A DNA stretch of 32,000 nt from Wallemia ichthyophaga EXF-994 (taxonomy: Eukaryota > Fungi > Basidiomycota): the NCBI RefSeq assembly GCF_000400465.1, contig NW_008806275.1:429656-461655 (forward strand), given 5' to 3'. The position numbers and the translations under genes were made by a program. Below are positions 1 through 10,695 of the stretch, in pieces. Position 1 is the first letter of the stretch; each line of letters begins with the position of its first letter. The notes under the pieces were generated by a model. That model was not told the DNA's origin and did not search any database. It saw only the letters and a list, made by a program, of their open reading frames with translations.

Positions 1-1226
1 GAAAGAAGACAGCGAGGCGAGAAGCCAACGCGCTAAGGTCGCAGCAGCTGAGCAGACTAAGCGTGAGCATGAAGATGGTATTCGCAAAGAGCAAGAGCGC
101 AGACGTCGTGAAATGGAGAGTATCCGTATCGATGAAGCTAAGAAGCTTGCGCAGAACCTGGCGGAGAAGTCAGGACTTAAGGTGAACGTCAATGTGAGTT
201 AGGTGTGTTGTTTGTTAGAATAATTGCTGATTAAATGCGCAGAACCCAGAGGAGCTCGACACTGACAAGCTTGTGGCGCTTCAAGTTGAGCATCACAAGA
301 AGGAGCAGAACCAGATGTCAGAGAAGCTGCGCGTCATGTACAAGCGTATGGATCATCTTGAGAGAGCGTTCAGACGTGAGGAGAAGCCACTGCTCGTAAA
401 GGACTTTGAAGAACAGCAAAAGGCAGACAGGGAACTGTATGATGTCAAGAGCAATGAGACGAAGAAGGTCTCGAGGGAGACATTCGAACAGAACCTGGCC
501 ACCAAGAACCGTCTTCAGAGAATCCAACCTGCTTACGCTGCATTCCGAGCAGATGTCGAAACCAAGGCGGGCGAGAGGCACAAGGAGCTCGAGCGTCAAG
601 CGAACGAGGCAATTAGCGCGGAGATAGCTGAGCGTCAGGCCAAGGTAGCTGAGCAGAAGAGGCTCGCACAGGAGCACGCAGATGCTCAGCGTGCCCTAGC
701 GGAAGCCCAAGAAGCTGAGCGCGCACAAGCCGAGGAGGTTGAGCGCAAGAAGCGTGATGCTCTTATGGCAGACAAGGAGCGTAGCGAGGCCGAGGCCAAT
801 GAGCGCAGGGCTGAGCGAGACGCCGAGCGCAAGAAGACAGAGGAGATAGTCAGGAAACAAAACGAACGTGAAGAGGCAGCTCTCAAGAAACAGCGCGAAA
901 CTACCTTCCAAAAGACGGGCAGTGTGTGGGGCTCTCGCACACCAGGGTCAGAATCATCAGGCGCTTCTACGCCTTCGACTGGCGGTCCTCCTGCTGGTAG
1001 CTGGATGGCGCGCAGACGTCAGGCTGAGGCTGAAGGAAAACTCTCAAAACCTGCCTCTTCCACTCCACCACCACCACCACCAGGTAACCCTGCAGCTCGC
1101 AGCTCTCGCGCCCCTCAAGGTGCACAGGAGAAACCTAGCGCTTTCGGTAGCATGAGGAAACCCGACAGTGCTAGATCTGGCGGCGGTGCTCCCCCACCAC
1201 CTAACCCACAGAGAAGCAGGTGGTAA
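1..1226 (+). CDS. TIF32: Translation initiation factor eIF3 subunit a, 3' part (5' end outside window)
   Basis: Open frame 2-193, then intron 194-242 (GTGAGT...GCTGAT...CAG), then NPEELDTDKLVALQVEHHKKEQ...KRMDHLERAFRREEKPLL, a typical eIF3a segment. Followed by a charged coiled coil and Pro/Ser/Gly-rich tail to TAA at 1224-1226. Confidence 0.92.
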
Positions 1227-1361
1227 AGTGTGCAAGGATAGATAGACAGGGAGAATGAATTTATGTAAAAGAAGAAAAGCAAAGAATAAAATTGGACTTA
1301 TAATACATGTGGTAATAAGAGTCGTTATGTGTGGTGAGGTATATATAGTCCACTGGCTGTT

Positions 1362-1892
1362 CTAGTAGGCAACTCGCAGTGTCCTTCTCTTTCTGAGCAT
1401 AAGCTTGGGCTGGTAGCGGTTAGGAGAGCAATCGCAGGAGGAGCACAGGTTGACGTCGTTGCAGTCTGAGATCTTGGTCTTGAAGAATTCGATTCCGGAT
1501 GGCTGATTAACGATTTTGAAGACCTGATCGCCTGCGAAAGTGACTTGGCGGAGAGATGGACAAGCTTTCTGGAGTGCCATTGTTGAGTCCAGTGCAGGAT
1601 CTTCGAAAATCAGCGTGGCGAGTGTAGGGCTTAGGGTGATTGAGTTTAGGTGATTGAACCGCGGCAGCGTCTCTAGTAGAGTGTCAAGTGAAGGATCATT
1701 CTCTACGATTAGATTCTTAACCAGCGCCACCTTGTCCGATGAAAGCAGCTCTGGGCTGTAATAGCAGCTCTCAAACAGGCTGTCGGCAATGAGCTCGTTT
1801 AGCTGCGTGTTGACCAGTCGCAGTTGCTTCAGCGTAGGCTTTGTACATTCATAAATAACTTCATTTATCAATTCAATCGGTAGTTGCTTCAT
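1362..1892 (-). CDS. Small intronless protein with N-terminal F-box-like motif
   Basis: First true ATG is at 1892 (the track start at 1898 is GTG). MKQLPIELINEVIYECTKPTLKQLRLVNTQLNELIADSLF matches the fungal F-box pattern LP.EL...I......L..LRLV...L. The remainder is not recognised. Confidence 0.6.
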   Translation of the reverse strand: MKQLPIELINEVIYECTKPTLKQLRLVNTQLNELIADSLFESCYYSPELLSSDKVALVKNLIVENDPSLDTLLETLPRFNHLNSITLSPTLATLIFEDPALDSTMALQKACPSLRQVTFAGDQVFKIVNQPSGIEFFKTKISDCNDVNLCSSCDCSPNRYQPKLMLRKRRTLRVAY

Positions 1893-1927
1893 CTGCACTT
1901 GAGCTGATGATGATGGTTCAATTAAAC

Positions 1928-3437
1928 CTAATTCTTATTCATGAAACTTCTTAACAAATCCAATGTCGTCGATGCATCTTCAAGTGAAGAGTGTGTTGCA
2001 ACCACTGTGCCACTCGATGGTGCTGCATCCTGTATGAATTTCTTCAGCACATCGGCAGCCAGGTTTCGAAGCGAGTTGCGAAAAGGCAGTCCAGCCGGAT
2101 GTGGATAGAGAATCGCAGTGTCAAGTATATTCGAATGCACTATCCGTAGTGCGTTTAGATCGTTCTCGAGTCCATGTCCCACTATGATGGTATCGCTTCC
2201 GACACCGATTTCGAACAAGACGCTACGTATTCCTACCAAATCAAACACTGCACTTTCCTCTATCTGCTTAATGGTCACACCCGAAAATCTGAAAGCGGTG
2301 TTAATTGGATGAACCTTATTTGTTGGTTGCATACCTTGTATTAGCGTCTATGATTTTGGAGTGCGGTTTAATCAGCTCGTCTAGTATCACCTCCGCGTCA
2401 GAATTCACTACTGTTAACCGCGTCAGAGACATTCCCGACGTCGTGAAACTCATTTCGCAATCCAGCGCGACGACATCAAGAGAATCGCTCCGAAGTGGTG
2501 TGCGTATGAATCCTGCTCGCTTGTTCAAACTCTCAGCATCCTTTTCCAGAAATACATGCGGGCCTGTACAGCAACCTGAACTTCCCATCTGCGTTGAGCA
2601 GCATGACATAATCCTCGACCGCCTTCCATCCACCTTTGTAGTTATAGCTTTGCCATCGTGGAACTTGCAGTCGTCCTTAAGTAGATCGCCATCCTCGACA
2701 ATGTACTTCTGGTTGCAGCGCGAGCAATCCTTCATCTGACCTACTGCACTAGGCTCACTACCACCGAGTGTATTTGGTATATCGACCACATAGCCGTATT
2801 CCTGGAGCTGCGCAGGTGTTGGTATATACTTTTTCAAGTTACTTCTTGTCAGAGTCGTTGATTGGCTCCGCTCGGCTTCTTCCAACCTTTTCCTTATCGT
2901 GTTCTCGGTACCAATCACCGGGGAAGTGCTGTCTGTAATTGGAGCTCTGCGTTTTAATTTTATAAGGGTATTTGCTGTCGCTGATTTGTAGGTATTCGTC
3001 TGTGTCGACTCGTATATCTCTGTTTCCTGCTCTCTGGCATCCCTGAAAGCACATGTCTTTCTATCGTCAAGCTTTGCGTACATCTTGTAAAACTGCTCAT
3101 ACAGCGCAGACAAGCTACGCTGGCGATCGCCTACTGGTATCTTGGAATGAGCAGCCGATGCGTGTATTCTCGGCGTGCCGTCTGAGAGTGTTTGCGGGAG
3201 AGATGGTTCCGATTTAATCACTCTCTTCTTCGGAGCCGGCTGAGGAACGGGATCGCTCGGTCGCTTCGGTGGCTTCTTCGGTGCTAGCGCGGTTGGTAAC
3301 GCGGTTTGTGGTTTCGAAGATGGCTTTGGTGGTGGTGGACGCTGTACGATAGAATGGCTAAATACACAAACGCCGTTATTGCACGTGGATTTCTTGTTGC
3401 ACTCTAAATTTTGTAGCAGGCCTAGGACAGGGAACAT
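1928..3437 (-). CDS. REX3: DEDDh 3'-5' RNA exonuclease, REX3/REXO1-like
   Basis: Catalytic motifs VVALDCEM, HGLENDL, ILDT, HSSLEDA; Cys-rich CSRC/CKFH/CC segments; family-typical N-terminus MFPVLGLLQNLEC...C...C.FSH from ATG 3437. One intron at 2289-2334 (GTATGC...CAG). Confidence 0.88.
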
Positions 3438-3467
3438 CACCGTCGTGGACCTACCAAGAGGACAGCC

Positions 3468-6131
3468 ATGACGAATTTGTTTGAGCTGCCTGAGCAACTG
3501 AAGGTTATTCCAGATGGCAGCGATATCGTGAACAGTGTCAAGAGAGACGTACAGCCCGGCACGCCAATCGTTATCGACAACGGTCAGTTATCACTTGCCG
3601 ACGTTGGTGATTGACGCTGATTGGCCACAGGCACTACACAGCTCAGAGCAGGCTTCGCGGATCAAGACAATCCCAGTATTATCGCTAGGAATGAAGGTTC
3701 GCGCTATAAAGAACGCAGGACAAATCGCAATATGATGATCTATGGCGACGCGTTGGAGCTCGACAGCGCGAGTAAAACTCAATCAAAGATTCCACACGAA
3801 TCTGGGATAGTTACTTCGTGGGATATGATGGTCGGTCTGGTTTCTTGCGCCAGACTTTAGTTAGAGTTGACGTATCTCAGGAACATGGACTCGATTGGAC
3901 ATTCCTTAGATTGGGATTGGAGACTACACCACCTCCAATCGTCATGTCTGAACCTTTATGCAATCTCCCTTACCCTCGTTCGCGTCAGTAATCAGCCATG
4001 ACGCACTGCACACGCTGACAATGGTATTCAGAGATGTCGGAGCTTCTTTTCGAAGCATACTCAACACCAAAAGTCTCTTATGGTGTAGACAGTCTCTATT
4101 CCTTCTACAATTCGTATCATATGTCAGATGGACTGATCATTAATACATCCTCAAACACTACCTCAGTTGTTCCTGTGTTGGATGGCAAGGGTATCTTCTC
4201 TGCTTGCAAGAGAGTGTCTTGGGGTGGTATGCAAGCTTCTGATTTGTTATTGCGGATGATTCAGTTGAAATATCCCGCGTTCCCGACAAAAGTTTCATCA
4301 ATACAAGCCAGTGTGAGTGTCTTTGTCTTTCAGGAGGCTCACCCAATAATAGCAAAAAGCACATTCTCGAAAATTATGGAACTTACGCTAATGATTATAG
4401 CGATTTCATCAAGGGAATGGAAGATCCTGATCAATTAAAAAAATCAGACTACGTCATACAATTCCCTTATGTTGCACCTGTTAGTTTGACTGCTTTGACT
4501 ATCAATCACTCACAATTTTCCAGGTTTTTGATGGGAAATCCGCAGAAGAACTTGAACGCCAAGCCGAGAAAAAGCGTGAAGCTGGTAGGAGACTTCAAGA
4601 ACAAGCGGCTAAGACGCGATCTGAGAAGGTATACGAGCTGTTTAATGTTTGGAAAGACGGCTGACAAAGATTTTTATAGTTGGTCAACAAAGAAGCTGAG
4701 ATCAAGTGGATGGAACAGCTCCGCGAGACAAAAGCAAAAGAACCTGCTAATGTTTACCTCCGTAAGCTGCAAGAAGAAGGGTTTGATGACGAAAAAGATC
4801 TAGAGGATCTTTACAAACGTACCGTTAAGACTCTGCAGCAAGGAAGAGATCGTGAACTTGGTATTGAAGAACCGACTGAAAAGGTGGGTAAAGTAGCTAT
4901 CTCAATTCTTTTCTAATGTCGTTCACCAAAGGAAACGCCCAAATTTACACTTGTAGACATTCCTGATGCGCAATTGAATGAGGAAGAACTGAAAGAGAAA
5001 AAAAAGCAGAGGTTGCTGAAGGCCGGCTACGATGCTCGTATGCGCGCCAAAGAAGAGAAAGAGGCTGAAGCCAAGAAATTGGAAGATAAAGCGAGGATGG
5101 ATGCTTATGAGAAGGAGCATCACTTTGACCGGTGGTTACAGAAATTGCGTGATGACTACAATGTGAGTATTAAGTCACTACGCTATACGTTATTCACCAA
5201 TCAATCTAGAACGCCCTCGCTCGTCAAAAAGAAAAAGAGAGAATGAAGTACGCACTGGCTGACAGAAAGTCAGCTGCTGCGCAGAACCGTATGCGCAACA
5301 TTGCAGACTTAGCTCACGAAGGCAAGACAGAGGCAGCAAGCAAAGGACTGAAACGTGGTCGCAAAAAGAAAGAAGAAAAGGAAGTAGATGACGACAGGTT
5401 CGGCGAGAATGATTCAGATTGGAAAATATACAAAGATATAAAAAACGAGAACGACAGTGAAGACGAAGAAGATGAGGCTCTGCAGCTCGATGAACTGGAA
5501 GCAAGGTTATTAGAGAATGATGTGGACTTTACAGCGGAGCATACTCGTCTAAGCAAACTAAAGGCGCAGCGTCGACTGCTCAATACGTTCTACTATGGTG
5601 GTGAAGATCCGTATGAAGACGACAGGGGTGATGCCGACCAAACTGAGACTCCAGAGCAGGTCAAGCAATCTCACCAGCTTCATCTCAATATTGAGAGATA
5701 TCGCGTACCTGAAGTACTCTTCCAGCCTAGCATTGCGGGATCTGATAAGGCTGGTCTAGTCGAGATGGTGAATCATGTACTCAAGTCGTTCAGCTTCCAA
5801 GAAAAGAGTAGACTACTGGGCGTAAGTGGTTTTTCTTATAGGTCGGCCATAGTCTAACGTCCCTAAGAATATTCATTTGACTGGTGGATTCGCAGGTATA
5901 TCGAACTTCGATAACAAGGTCTACAACTCCCTCAAACCCATTGTGCCTGTTGGGAGTGCTTTCAAGGTGACGCGCACGCCTGATCCACGCTTTGACGCTT
6001 GGAGGGGCATGGCGAAGTGGGCGCGTACGTCGGACGGCGTGGAAGGTTGGGTGACTAAGGAGATGTGGGATGAAGAAGGCCCTGATAGGCTTGAAGCTAG
6101 AGGTGCTTATAGACACGCTTTGACTTGGTAA
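3468..6131 (+). CDS. ARP5: Actin-related protein 5 (INO80 complex)
   Basis: Spliced protein reads MTNLFELPEQ...TPIVIDNG|TTQLRAGF...MSELLFEAY...HLNIERYRVPEVLFQPSIAG...NIHLTGG...DAWRGMAKW, with the long charged Arp5 insertion. Multiple ~45-55 nt introns, e.g. 3583-3630, 3831-3880, 3984-4031. Confidence 0.93.
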
Positions 6132-6505
6132 TCTTGTTTGAACTTATTTATATTATACCACGGCAGCGACGCCATTGGATCAACTGTATCAAGTTGTTTC
6201 ATCTTTGTTCTTCTACTGAATCAAAAATCCGACAGATATGTCGACATTAATATAACTATTGGGGTACTCGGAGTAACTGCCATTGGTAATGTGTGAATCA
6301 TGCAGGCGCCTGCACAGCCACAAAAACTGATGATACCCAGAAGTACGGTAAGTATAAAAATCACGCAGAAATTTGCCTCTGTAGTTGCCGCGGGAGTGTC
6401 TTCTCGTGAATCAATTGTAATGACGTATTGCAATCGTCGGGTTATATTGGATACGTTTCCAAGTTGACATCCATTTCTTATCATTCACCGCGAGTAAAGA
6501 AGGAA

Positions 6506-7839
6506 ATGTTAGCACACAAATCGCTGCAACCAATGAGGATAGCTCGCATGAGCGTCCCATTGAGGAGCTTATCAGTCACGCCACTGCGATTCGCCAACAA
6601 TACCACTCAGGGCTATCCAGAGTCTGGTACACCTTCGAAGAAAGATGTTCAGCTTGAGAAGGACCAAGGGCTCAAGGATCTCTCCAAGAAGAGTGCAGTG
6701 GGCACGCAAGAAGGTGTTCACTTCCAAATGACGCCACCATTCCAACAGAAAGGAGCAGGAGCCGGTTTGGAAGTGAACAATAAGCCCCTTGGAGATTACC
6801 TTCTCACACATCCCGTTTACACCAACGAGGAACTTGAAAGCGTGAAAGTTTTAGAATTTACCAAAAAAACATTTAGCGATAAATGCGCGAATGCACTGGT
6901 GAAGCTGATGAGAACTTCATTTGACCTTGTTACAGGATACAAGCACAAGGAAGTAACGCCTGAAGTCAAAGACAAGCCGTTGGATTGGCTGATCAGCAAG
7001 GGCTATGTGCTGAGTGAAAAGCAATGGTTGAGAAGGTTTATCTTCCTTGAATCAGTGGCTGGATGTCCTGGTTTTGTTGCTTAAGTCTCTTTGTTCTATT
7101 TACCTCTCTGACTGTCATTAGGTCGCCGCGATGGTTCGCCACTTGCGCAGCCTTCGTCGGATGAACAGAGACGGGGGGTATATCAACATGCTCCTCGCAG
7201 AAGCCGAGAACGAGAGAATGCATCTCATGTCATTTCTCGCCGTCGAGAAGCCAAGTGTTTCTATGAGAGCTATGGTTTTGGCTGCTCAAGGTGTATTTTT
7301 CAACGCCTTCTTCTTAGGGTATCTCATAAATCCAAAGATCTGTCACCGCTTTACTGCTGTCCTTGAAGAGGAAGCTGTCGTTACTTACACACGTGCCATT
7401 GAAGGTGAGACAATGCCATCCGTGCAATTTTGGATAACAAACATTGACGTCATTCAGAAATTCAAAATGGCTATGTGCCAGGATGGACCAACAAGAAGAT
7501 TCCTCAAATCGCACGTGGCTATTGGCAACTACCAGAGTCAGCAACCATGCTCGATCTCTGCCATGTTGTTCGCGCAGACGAAAGTAACCACCGGTTTACC
7601 AACCACACGCTATCAGAACTTGACCTCGATAAGCACCTCAACCCGCTTTCTTTACAGGAACCAGACGCTGTGACTCGTGGAACGTGGGTTGAGATTGATT
7701 GATCAATCTAAAACTAACACAATTTATCAGCAAGCTTGGTTTCACCCGTGAAGAGAGTGCTGCATGGCTAGCTGAGACAAGCAGCGCTATCCAGAAGAAG
7801 AAGGATGAGGGCTCCTACGTTAGACCACATTCTCATTAG
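6506..7839 (+). CDS. AOX1: Mitochondrial alternative oxidase
   Basis: Diiron motifs FLESVAG, EAENERMHL, LEEEAVVTY and RADESNHR are all intact. Arg/Ser-rich presequence-like N-terminus. Three introns (first 7076-7121). Stop TAG at 7837-7839. Confidence 0.95.
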
Positions 7840-8064
7840 CTAGACATTGTCAGCATTTTCTCCTCTCAGTCAAAGCATAACGCAATCAGCACTGTATTCA
7901 CTCTTCATTGATCTAACAGATAATTTCCCATACCGTTACAAAATCAATATGAGTAGACAGATTCATATCAACTAGCGTGTGTGATGAGTAAAAGCATGAC
8001 AAAAATAAGATAGCGAGGAATAGCGATACTGAAGCGTTATGAATATAACCTAGTCTCGTTGTGT

Positions 8065-10107
8065 CTACCTATCCAGTGTCGCATCATAGCCGAGCTCCTG
8101 GTAGACTTGCTCCATCATTTCCTTATCTTGAAGAGAATTGTTCCCTCCTGGGAAAGCCTTGTCCATCTCTTCCAAAGTAAGACCCTTTGTTTCAGGAAGT
8201 ACGAAAATAGAGAATACTAAAGCTAGGGCTGCCCAAGCTTTAGAGAAGTATAAGTGCATGAGCTAAAATTTTCATGTGACTCACCACCAAAAAAGTAAAA
8301 TGTACCATAAGATGTCATGTCTTCCATCATAGAAGGCGTAGCCAGACCAATAACCATATTCGAGGCCCAAGTAACGGCAGTGGTTATTGATACACCCGTA
8401 CTCCTCAAGCTTAATGGAAAAATTTCACTAGGTAAGAGCCATCCTATAGGGGAGAAGGAAATTGCGTTGAATACACAAAACAGAAATATAAAAACGACTG
8501 CAGCATATCCGACATCTTGGGGTAGTTGTTCGTTGTAACTAGCCAAAAGACTTGCAACGATCAAATGACAAACGAGGCATCCAGATGCACCAATAATGAG
8601 CAATGGTTTGCGTCCTACCTTGTCCACAATTAGTACTATTGGGATAGTTGCAACAAAATTGACAATTCCATACACCCCGGTGCCGATCATTGTGGAGGAA
8701 GTGCCCTGAATCCCAGCTTGTCCAAGAATCGTTGGACTGTAATAGATCATTGCGTTACCGCCCAAGTACTGTTGAAGCTGGTTTATGTTTGTTAGCCATT
8801 ACTAGCTTATGATTATAACTAACAAACATAGTCAGAGCTCCACAAAGTAGTCTCTTACGGTTCCCAGCTCGGAACAGAGCTTTATATGGCTCTGAAAACT
8901 TTGATATGGCACCTTTGTGAGGATACTGCTCTTTGACGCGCGCTTCAAATATGACCTCAGCTTTAACATCAGTCAGCTCTGCATTCAAGACCTGATCTTG
9001 CGCGTCTCTTCTGCGTAACTTGGCCAGAGTAGCACGCGCCTCATCCTCTTTTCCAATTGAAAGTAAGAATCGCGGCGACCTGGGCATGAAGAATAAAGCT
9101 ACCCAAAGGACCAGGGCAGGTAGAATTTGAATTGCGAATGGTATGATCCAGGAAGCATCAGATTGCCTACATATGCCATCGGATGGTAAATCGTGTTTCG
9201 GATCGAACGATGGAGCTTTCTGACCGGCGTTTGGTTCGCCAGTGTACTGCCCCTTAGATCCAAGCTCCGGATTGCAATATTTACTTCCAATGAATGAGGT
9301 ACCATACGTTATCCAATAGCTTTCTAGAGTGAGCAATTTCGACACGTTTTATGTTTAAACAAGTGCGACTCACGAGACCATAATACCGAATGTTATAGAT
9401 AACTGCTGTACACACACTAACGATCCTCTAAGGTTAGTGGGAGTGCATTCGGAAATGTACATTGGTATACACTCGGTCAGTGCTCCGACAGCTAATCCGG
9501 CTACAACTCTACCGCCGTATAACCAAGCTATTGATTGAGCAGCTGTTTGTATTGTCGCACCTAGAACAAAGATACAGAGCGAAAGTGATATAAACCACTT
9601 CCTCCCAAGATGCTTGTTGTCCGCGGCTGGTCCACCGATCAGAGCACCAAAAATGGCAGCAATCAGAAGTGAAGCAACAAAGATACCCTTTTTATCTGCA
9701 TCTAAAACGTCTCTGAAATCGTTTTTGAAGCTTTCGAGAGCTAGAACGTTGGAAACTGTGATTGTCTTAGCTGAGACAATAAAATTCAAACACAACCGCA
9801 CCGACACCCTGTAGAAGCGTAAGTAATTTCATTAGCCTCGTAATTTTAAGCTTACCTGGTCATAGCCAAAGATCATTCCACCCAGTGTAGCTGTAAATGA
9901 AACAAATGTACTGGGCGGGCATTAGCAACAATGTGCATTTGCGCAGACTAGTACTCACACGTATGGATTTTCAAACATACCTCTAATTGAGCTTTTACCT
10001 TTAGCAACATCTATATTTTTTGCTTGTTCTTGCTCAGCCTCGACTATATAGTCCTCATGCTGCGTCTCGGATGTTCCTTTTTCTTTTTCTTTTTCGAAAA
10101 TGTTCAT
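8065..10107 (-). CDS. MFS sugar porter family transporter
   Basis: Motifs LGGMIFGYDQGVVS (needs a 7-nt microexon), GRKW, GRVVAGLAVG, PMYISEC.P..LRGSL, PRSPRFL, LQQYLGGNAMIYY, VDKVGRKPLL, SEIFPLSLRS.G, LPETKGLTLEEMD. Substrate not determinable. Confidence 0.93.
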
Positions 10108-10695
10108 AGTAAGGTATGTAGTGGCTGTAGGGTAAAATGTGGTCTTATTTAATATGTTCTACTCAATTATGCCTCAACGAAAACATGATCAATGCACGTG
10201 ACAGCTGACGAACGATACACGTCACCTGAATACAATCTAATACTGATCAGTATAGCAATCAATAGTCTATGACAATGGAAGTTATCTCAGATGTTCGATT
10301 AAAGCAGCTCCGACACCGATGTGAATATGAAAAGTGAAAATTATCCGGCCCGAATCACTGAGAAGTCATCTTTTCGGACCTGAATGCGGAAATGAAAAGT
10401 TATTTTTCTAAGAATTAGGGGGGTTTCAGTTAAGCTACAAGGATATTTCAGGCTTAAATGCGTTTCAATCGAACAATAATTCCGAGACTGCGGAAATACT
10501 CCTGGGCATCTTGAATTAGCCCGAAAAGCCAAACAACACTTGATAATTATTTACTGGTTACAACTACGTGCATAATATCACGATTTAAATTAACTTGAGA
10601 TTTATTATATATGTATCGTCAACGTTTATAGCAGCCTACTCGGAATTTTCAAAATGTAATTCATGTATTAAGAGCAATAATTTAATCTTTCTTTT

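Noticed and set aside
318-1235. Several overlapping ORFs on other frames or strands of eIF3a (and similar ones over most genes)
   Set aside because: They are shadows of coding sequence with biased composition and have no recognisable motifs.
3438-3497. N-terminal extension of REX3 to 3497 in the ORF track
   Set aside because: That start is TTG and overlaps the ARP5 CDS; the family-typical N-terminus begins at ATG 3437.
6132-6505. Possible AOD2/AOD5-type CGG-N7-CGG element in the AOX promoter
   Set aside because: No CGG pair with 7-nt spacing was found by eye; only generic CCAAT-like boxes.
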